Of a stretch of DNA of 15,746 nt, positions 8,836 to 15,746 are shown in pieces (position 1 is the first letter of the stretch; the number at the start of each line of letters is the position of its first letter). The notes beneath the pieces are model-generated. The model did not search any database and was not told the origin of the DNA. It was given only the letters and a program-made list of their open reading frames with translations. The position numbers and the translations under genes were made by a program. This DNA is from Octopus sinensis (taxonomy: Eukaryota): contig NW_021825454.1 of the NCBI RefSeq assembly GCF_006345805.1, forward strand, positions 1 to 15,746. Direction: 5' to 3'.

Positions 8836-9450
8836 ATCTAAGGTGTAAAGGCATCTTTTCCGGTTGTATCTAGATCACAGAAGTAGAAAATGTAGAAACT
8901 GCTATTATCCCATGTTACAAGGTTCTGACTGTCATCCGAAACCAATCTAAAGATAATCACATCGCCTTTCTATCGCAAGGAACTCTAAGAAGTATAAGAT
9001 GTACGGCGGCAGTTAACGAAAGTAACCCAGTTGAATCTCGGTTACACAATGTCAGCTATTTGAATTTGGATTACCTAAATAAGATCTCCATCTCCCGTGA
9101 ATATTCAATGATTCGCGCATTATGTAACCTGAACTGGAGAATACTAACTGATAAAACCATTTGTCTTTGGTTTATGCAATCATTAAATTTAAAATCAAAT
9201 CACTGAAGAACGTGTGAACATATTATATGTAAGAGGTGTTACAAACATTGATGTGAAAATCGCACCTTTTGTTTGAGGCAATCAAAATTACTTTATACTT
9301 GTTGGTCGGCTAATTTGATCTCAGCCGGTCAATTGAAGCAGAGTTAAAATTATTTAAAAATATTGACACGCGAAAGGATTAAGAAAAAAACAAACAGAAT
9401 GAAACAACAAAAACATGGTGAAATTGTCGATGTTTTCATTAACTTCACAG

Positions 9451-9461
9451 ATTTGTTCTTG
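9451..9461 (+). other. Candidate 11-nt micro-exon ATTTGTTCTTG
   Basis: Acceptor GTTTTCATTAACTTCACAG (branch-like TTAAC) and donor TTG|GTATGT. Supported by splice-site motifs only. Confidence 0.3.
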
Positions 9462-9689
9462 GTATGTATTTGTGGCACCCTATCATGTTTGTTACTGTTA
9501 TCAGTTCTGTGAAGAATAAAAGCCAACGGCGTAAGAACAGAAGAATGTGGCTTTACGGTATTTCAATCATGATGAAAACATATCAAAGATGGCGCTAGAT
9601 AACCTTGCAATCTTTATTATAATGATTACTAAATCTGTCTGCTTAGTTCGCAGCTCACTCTTCCGCTCGCTCTCTAACTCAGTTTGTCT

Positions 9690-9723
9690 GTATATATGTG
9701 TGTTTGCATGTATATATGCATGC

Positions 9724-9756
<33 letters not shown>

Positions 9757-9885
9757 TGTATGTATGTATGTATGTATGTATGTATGTATGTATGTATGTA
9801 TGTATGTATGTATGTATGTATGTATGCATGTATGTATGTATGTATGTATGTATGTATGTATGTATGTATGTATGTATGTATGTAT
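9690..9885. repeat. Near-perfect (ATGT)n microsatellite
   Basis: Read directly from the sequence. Confidence 0.98.
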
Positions 9886-10296
9886 ACGGACACCCATAAA
9901 CATACATTTCTCAAAACAAACGTTAAAGATATTAAGTTGCCGCTTTCGAAAATAAAATAACGATAAAAATTCTTTTGTTTAAAAAAAAAAACAAGTAAGT
10001 TTATAACAAAATGGAAAGGAAATTATGAATCTTCGGTCTTTAAATTTCTCTTAAAACTTATGAATAAATATACATTTCTCTCTGTTAAATAACTTAACGT
10101 TCTTTAAAATACTACTAACGTCTTACATGATCTAATGGACGTTACTCTCAGTAATGTATGCATGCATGTATGTATATATGTATACATACATACACAGACG
10201 CACACACATATATACATACAGATGACACGTATGCACACATACGTGTGTGTAATGTGATTCTTGGAATACATAAAGCTATAATTAATAGCTTGTGTT

Positions 10297-10475
10297 ATGT
10301 TAGGTATCTATCTGCCTTACGCTCTGTGTTCAGATGCCGTCGAGTTGGACTTTACCTTTCATCATTTCAAGATGTGGCCAAAATAAACCCCAGTCAAGCA
10401 CTGGGGTCGATGTAATCGACTATTCGCTTCCCTTCAAAATTTCAGGACTTATGTCTACCTTTGAAAGAATTATAT
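10297..10475 (+). mobile_element. SINE family B, 5' degraded
   Basis: ACTTTACCTTTCATC, CACTGGGGTCGATGTAATCGACT, AAAATTTCAGG and a TTGAAAGAATTAT end. Confidence 0.85.
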
Positions 10476-10576
10476 TGGGTTAAAAAATACCATGGATGGA
10501 AAGAGTCAAAGGTTGTCTTCGACATTTTTTCTGTTTAAGGGTTTTCTCAAATTCAAATCGTTATATCTGTATCTAA

Positions 10577-10788
10577 AACGGCGACTTGGTAAACAAATAT
10601 ACTTACTGGCACTTCTTTCGGATCTTTACCTTCTGAGTTCAAATACCATCAGCGTCTGCTTTGCGTTTCATTATTTCGGGGTCGATAAAATAAGTACCAG
10701 TTGAGGACCGAGATCAATGTAATCGACTTACATCTTTCACTGAAGTTTCAGGCCTTGTGTCACAATATAGAAATCATTATGATTATTA
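10577..10788 (+). mobile_element. SINE family B, full length
   Basis: GGCGACTTGG head, TTCTGAGTTCAAAT B box, GGGGTCGATAAAATAAGTACCAGTTG and an ATT tail. Confidence 0.88.
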
Positions 10789-10790
10789 TA

Positions 10791-10970
10791 AAAGTGGCGA
10801 GCTAACAGAATCGTTATAGTACCGGATAAAACGCTTAGCAGCATTTCGTCTGGCTTTACGTTCTGAGTCCAAATGAAATAAGTACCTGTTGAGAACTGGG
10901 GTCCATGTAATCGGCTTAACACCTGTCCCGAAATTGCTGTCGTTCTGCCAAAATTTGAAACTATTATTAT
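10791..10970 (+). mobile_element. SINE family B with internal deletion
   Basis: GGCGAGCTAACAGAATCGTTA head. TTCTGAGTCCAAAT is joined almost directly to AAATAAGTACC, so the central CTTTCATCC...GTCGAT block is missing. Confidence 0.88.
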
Positions 10971-10971
10971 C

Positions 10972-11181
10972 ATTCTTCTTCTTCTTCTTCTCTTTCTTCT
11001 TCTCTTCTTCTTCTTCTCTTCTTCTCTATCTTCTTCTTCTTCCTTCTTCTTCTCCTCCTCCTCCCCTCCCCGCCCTCCTCCTTCCTCTTTCTTCTTCTTC
11101 CCCTCTTCTCCCTCCTCCTTACCTCTTCTCCTCCTCCTCCTTCTTCCTTCTTCTTCTCTTTCTTCTTCTTCTTCTCTTCTT

Positions 11182-11212
<31 letters not shown>

Positions 11213-11228
11213 TTATTATTATTATTAC
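10972..11228. repeat. (CTT)n/(CCT)n polypyrimidine tract ending in (TTA)n
   Basis: Read directly from the sequence. Confidence 0.96.
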
Positions 11229-11850
11229 TAATGCTTTCAGATGAACGGGCTTGTGCAAAGTGTCTCCATATGCTAGTTGGATTACGTTTTACATGCGCTT
11301 GGAATTAATCAGAGAAAGTTTCTTTAGATTATTTTTTCGGCGTTTCAGCTGCCAACACATTTTATCTTGGAGGCTGGAAAACGTAAATAAAACTTGTCTT
11401 TGGTCATTTTGAATTTTAATATTCCTAAGCATACATTTCGCCTTTTCATATTCAATGTGATTAATTGTAGCAAGGTAGCCGAAAGGGTTGCATTCCACAA
11501 TGATAGTAGCACCAACATAAGCAAATAATGCTCCCAGTTAGTAATTTGTGAAAGAAATATTAAGCACGGATTTAGAAAAGAAAAGAAACATTAACAGTAA
11601 TGAACTGTATAAGAATATCGACAAAAACTGATACATACTGAGAAAAAATAATGACTTTCTGATAGAAAACAGCAAGTAATATCAAACTGAAGATTTGCAG
11701 CGAAAAAGCAAACAGGAACCCGTAAGAAACGACGAACACGTATTTGCGAAGCAATAACTTCCTATAAACTTTTTGACAGCACTAATTTCAAGTGATCTGC
11801 TGGGAGTATTGATATTGTGATCGGGATTACTGCGAGTGTTTATTCGCATT

Positions 11851-11925
11851 TTGCGCTCTGCGTTCAAATCCTGCTGAAGTCCACTTTTCTTTTTATCATT
11901 TCGTTGTCGACAAAAATACTTGTTC
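11851..11925 (+). mobile_element. SINE family B fragment, old
   Basis: GCTCTGCGTTCAAATCCTGCTGAAGTCCACTTTTCTTTTTATCATTTCGTTGTCGACAAAAA aligns to the B box plus central block. Confidence 0.6.
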
Positions 11926-12151
11926 CGGTTGACGGATTGTCAAAATTGCTAGAATGCGGCATATAACCTTGTATATACCACGTCAACTGCTTCGGCTCTT
12001 TGCGTTTTGCCTGCAACGTCTGCGACATCATTGGTGCCAAGCTCGATATGTCTTTCTTTTCCTGAGGAGAGCATTACTTGTGTTCAGAAGAGACGTGCAT
12101 ACAGGGGCAACAGCAAATATTCCATAATAAACCCTCCGCATCCCTACATCT

Positions 12152-12195
12152 TAGGTGGATTCGCCTTTCATCCTGTCTGGGTCGATAAAACAAGT
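12152..12195 (+). mobile_element. SINE family B central-domain fragment
   Basis: GATTCGCCTTTCATCCTGTCTGGGTCGATAAAACAAGT. Confidence 0.6.
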
Positions 12196-12247
12196 TGGCC
12201 TTATGCTTATATAAGCAGAAAGGATTATTATTATTAATAATAATAAT

Positions 12248-12428
12248 AAGGCAGTGAGCTGGTAGAATCGCTAGGACGCCGGGCGAAATGCTTAGCGGCA
12301 TTTCGTCTGTCTTTACGTTCAAATTCCGCCAATGTCGACTTTGCTTTTCATCCGTTCTGGATCGATAAATTAAGTACCAGTTGTGTGCTGGGGGCCCCCT
12401 CCTGAAAAATTTCGGACCTTGTGCCTAG

Positions 12429-12499
<71 letters not shown>

Positions 12500-12520
12500 C
12501 ATTTATTATTATTATTATTA
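12248..12520 (+). mobile_element. SINE family B with long (TTA)n tail (tail 12430-12520)
   Basis: AAGGCAGTGAGCTGGTAGAATCGCTAGGACGCCGGGCGAAATGCTTAGCGG...GTTCAAATTCCGCC...TTAAGTACCAGTTG. Confidence 0.92.
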
Positions 12521-12522
12521 AC

Positions 12523-12736
12523 AAGGCAGTGAGCTGGCAGAACCGTTAGCACGCCGGGAAAAATGCTCAGCAGCATTTTGTCCGTCTTAACGTTCTGGTT
12601 TCAAATTCTACCGAAGTCAACTTTACCTTTCATTCTTTCGAGGTCTATAAAAAGAAGTACCAGTTGAGTACTGGGGTCGATGTAAACAACTCACACCCTA
12701 CCCCGAAACTGCTGGCCTTGTGTCAAAATATGAAGC

Positions 12737-12789
<53 letters not shown>

Positions 12790-12793
12790 TATT
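12523..12793 (+). mobile_element. SINE family B, full length, with (TTA)n tail (tail 12738-12793)
   Basis: AAGGCAGTGAGCTGGCAGAACCGTTAGCACGCCGGG...AAGTACCAGTTGAGTACTGGGGTCGATGTAA...CCTTGTGTCAAAATATGAA. Confidence 0.93.
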
Positions 12794-12981
12794 ACATTTA
12801 TATCAGTGGCAGTGAAGAAAGGATCCTGTTAGTAAAGTACACCCACACATACCCAGAAGCAACAAATGACTAAGTCAGTTATATTAATAAACCAACAAAG
12901 GTATTCTGTTAGGGATCGGATAACCAGGTTACTTAATGAACCCAACGGCTAGGATTGACTAATTACTTCGGTGTTTTACAG

Positions 12982-13006
12982 CTATTAGATTGTCTCTAGC
13001 TTCCAG
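12982..13006 (+). other. Candidate 25-nt micro-exon CTATTAGATTGTCTCTAGCTTCCAG
   Basis: Branch-like CTAAT, acceptor TGTTTTACAG and donor CAG|GTAAAT. Only one frame is open (xIRLSLAS). Confidence 0.3.
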
Positions 13007-13067
13007 GTAAATAGCTCACCCCCATTTTACTGCCAGTATTCATACTATTCACCCTTTCTCCATCCCC

Positions 13068-13103
<36 letters not shown>

Positions 13104-13194
13104 TGTACATCTCTTCTATAAACTCATATTTACTCGGATTTCAAAGCTGATTCATGCGATGAACAATCACATAACAATCGTTGTGCAATTCTTA

Positions 13195-13327
13195 TATGAT
13201 GTTGTTGTGCTCAAAGTAGAAGACGTAGTAGTAGTAGTAGTAGTGTTAGCAGTAGTATTAGTAATGGTAGCAGCCGCAGTTGTAGTTGTGGTATTATTAT
13301 TACTAATATTATTATTATTATTATTAA

Positions 13328-13368
<41 letters not shown>

Positions 13369-13382
13369 TTATATTATTATTA

Positions 13383-13420
<38 letters not shown>

Positions 13421-13505
13421 TATTATTATTTGTAGTAGTAGTAGTAGTAGTAGTAGTATTTGCTGCTGCTGCGTTTATCATTGTTGTTGTTGCCGATGTT
13501 ATTGT
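13195..13505. repeat. Compound (TTG)n,(TAG)n,(TTA)n trinucleotide block
   Basis: Read directly from the sequence. Confidence 0.95.
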
Positions 13506-13580
13506 TTAGCCCCAGACCATCTACGGCTATAGACAGACTTGTGATGAAAGTAGTTACTCTTTTGTTTAACCGGGACAATA

Positions 13581-13654
<74 letters not shown>

Positions 13655-13712
13655 CTTTCTTTCTTTCTCTCTATCTACATGTATGTGTGTGTGTGTGTAT
13701 GTGTGTATATAT
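13581..13712. repeat. Compound (TCTG)(TCTA)(TTTC)(TG) microsatellite
   Basis: Read directly from the sequence. Confidence 0.95.
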
Positions 13713-14231
13713 GTCTACGGTGAGGCATGGAGGCTAATATCTCACATAGGGTATTATCAGGGTGGGAGGTGTTTGCCTTGACTAAGGATGTGGCCAAAGC
13801 ATAGCTGAGAAAGAACCCACATACTATTATCTTCAATTATACTGTCTGACCCATCCAGGCTACGACACAGATGCAAAGGAAAGGTCTATGTCCGGAATAA
13901 TATTACTGACCCCTATGCGAAATGAATATCCATTGTGTTTGTCCATAACAAGGCAATTCAATAAAAACCAGGTAGAGTGAATGGGGTGGTTACGGAATAG
14001 AAAACGCAAAACGTCTTCTGGACCGAACATGTCGCAGTGAATGGAAACAACATATGGACACACGCAGCTGGGATCAGAGGGGATCAATCTGAAAAGCATC
14101 AAGACGATGAGAAGAAGGTATAGTAAAGAGAAAATGGGACCCGGAAGGGGGGTAGGGACCCATCGAGAGAAGAATAGAAGGACAATGTGGCCAGTAACAT
14201 ATAAAGACATCAGATTGTCGGACCGATTGAG

Positions 14232-14494
14232 ACACACACACACACACACTCTCAAATATACACGTGTATAGATAAATACTATATATGTATCGTGTACATA
14301 CTATATATATATATATATCTATATATATCATATATATATATATATATCTAATATATATAAATTCGGGGTGAGTACTTGATAATTGTAAGCACCTGTATAT
14401 ACCGTTTGGTGGTGTAGGTGGTGGAGTAAATCCGAAGTATATTATGGACCGTACACTTAGTGCAATGTGCGCTTCTTGATTATTCCTGATCTTG

Positions 14495-14530
<36 letters not shown>

Positions 14531-14539
14531 ATATATATA
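14232..14539. repeat. (CA)n and two (TA)n arrays (14275-14360, 14495-14539) bracketing a 134-bp island
   Basis: Read directly from the sequence. Confidence 0.9.
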
Positions 14540-14630
14540 AGTGAAAATCAAGAGGAGAATGGAGATTTATTCACATCCAAAACTTTTTTTATTAAAGTGT
14601 TTTCTACACCATATATAACAATGACCAGCA

Positions 14631-14800
14631 TCTTACTATAATGGATGTTATGTCCGTCTGCCAGTCTGTTCCCTTTTCACGGTCAAACGGCTGGATCAAT
14701 GGTCACGATGATTTTCGTGAATACGAAGGAGATAATCAGGAAGGTTTTTAGCGTGAGAAAGTATGATTATTTAGTGGCTATTGAGGGTAATTGTTCAGTT
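14631..14800 (+). mobile_element. Non-autonomous Helitron (Lep1-like) 5' portion; 3' end not found
   Basis: Starts A|TCTTACTATAATGG. Followed by a decayed (GTCT) run and TTTCACGGTCAAACGGCTGGATCAAT, which resembles the TTTCACG...AAACGGCTGAACCGAT block I recall from Lep1-type Helitrons. No hairpin-CTRR terminus identified. Confidence 0.55.
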
Positions 14801-15746
14801 TACGGGGTTAAATATGTGAATATAAATTAAGGAGGAGATAACTAATAAAAGAAGCAAAGGGAGGTAAGTCAACTTACTTTTAATCATACTGCATACACAG
14901 CTGATACCACATCCAAACAGTGGGCAAATATTTTATTCCTCTCCACTGAATGACTCCATAAAAATTCGTGCAAATACGTAACAAAACCTCTGAAATGCTG
15001 AATTGGTGGCGTAATTTGCGTTTAACACGCAGCCACGTTTCCGATATTTTCTTCACGTACAATCACCTTGTGAGTGTATGCACCATCCAACAGCCATCAC
15101 TTACTATGTCATTCACTGGCAGAGTTCATCGTTGAATTAATGCTGTCAAAGTCTGCTCAGAACGATCAGGTACTTCCACTAAGAAAGACTCCTTAGAAAC
15201 TCTCTCTATTATGTCGAAGTTCCATTCTCTCTTAATTAATATTTACTTTTTTTAAATCAGTAAACCGAACAATTACCGATATTGAGTTTTGTATTATTAA
15301 ATAACCGATTGTTTTATTTATTTATTTTTTTATTAAAATTCCGGCGACGAGGATTAATTCTGGATTCCCCATCCCCACCCGCCATGTATAGTTCGTGAAA
15401 TTAGAGGGTTTAAATTTGCGATACTATACCTGTATTTCTCATTGTAGAAGGGCAGATTCCTAAAGATTTCGCTAGCACAAAACCAGACTTTAGGTCTGTA
15501 GGTGTATTTTTACCCACTCTGATGTTTACACTCAGCCAGTTATACGTCACCATGAGTAAAACAACGGACTCCAGTAATTGGAAAATTAGTGTCGACCAAA
15601 GAGAAAATATCGTCTACAAAGAATTTTTGAAATCATGATATTATCAAAAGGGATATATGATTCATAGTTTAAATAAGGACATTTGCGAACTTTGAATGTA
15701 TAAGAGCATAAACAAGCGTAAAATAGGGCAAACAACGAATATAAAA

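Noticed and set aside
9586-9594. YY1-like AAGATGGCG motif or a possible start codon
   Set aside because: A single short motif; the ORF runs into (ATGT)n and there is no other promoter evidence.
10737-11308. Arg/Glu-rich and Leu/Phe/Ser-rich ORFs
   Set aside because: Translations of the (CTT)n tract plus SINE sequence.
11234-11308. Good acceptor CTAATGCTTTCAG| at 11241
   Set aside because: All three frames reach stops within about 70 nt and no convincing donor follows.
13860-14271. 131-aa minus and 76-aa plus ORFs in a GC-richer island; loose echoes of a LINE endonuclease (PDIDLSF) or UGT (FWTEHV)
   Set aside because: Matches are only a few residues long and catalytic motifs are missing. 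BLASTx is needed before any call.
15553-15639. 28-codon ORF MSKTTDSSNWKISVDQRENIVYKEFLKS with good Kozak context, vaguely like a Tc1 transposase N-terminus
   Set aside because: Too short, no TIR is seen, and the similarity is subjective.
1-15746. Prokaryotic-type features (CRISPR array, operons, rRNA) and a NUMT
   Set aside because: No repeat-spacer array, no rRNA or mitochondrial signature, and the composition is animal nuclear repeat DNA.

Overview
This is repeat-saturated eukaryotic (animal) genomic DNA, either intronic or intergenic. The tRNA-derived SINE families and the microsatellite spectrum point to an octopus or other coleoid cephalopod; that is inferred from pattern recognition, not a database search. 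More than half of the window is simple repeat: (ATGT)n, (TG)n, (TA)n, (CAT)n/(GAT)n, (TTA)n, (CTT)n, a ~1.1 kb polypurine GA tract and a G-rich GGT tract. I count about 12 SINE copies or fragments from three families, several short islands bracketed by (TA)n that look like Penelope-like element (PLE) termini, and a Lep1-like Helitron 5' fragment. I recognise no protein-coding gene, and the supplied ORFs are read-throughs of microsatellites or SINEs. The best find is a type I hammerhead ribozyme with a complete catalytic core at 1341-1427 inside a PLE-like island, plus two decayed relatives at 221-254 and 1786-1865. Weaker leads are a 44-bp inverted repeat (451-747), plus-strand micro-exon candidates, a SINE orientation flip and a hidden 110-codon open frame. 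Repeat boundaries are approximate.
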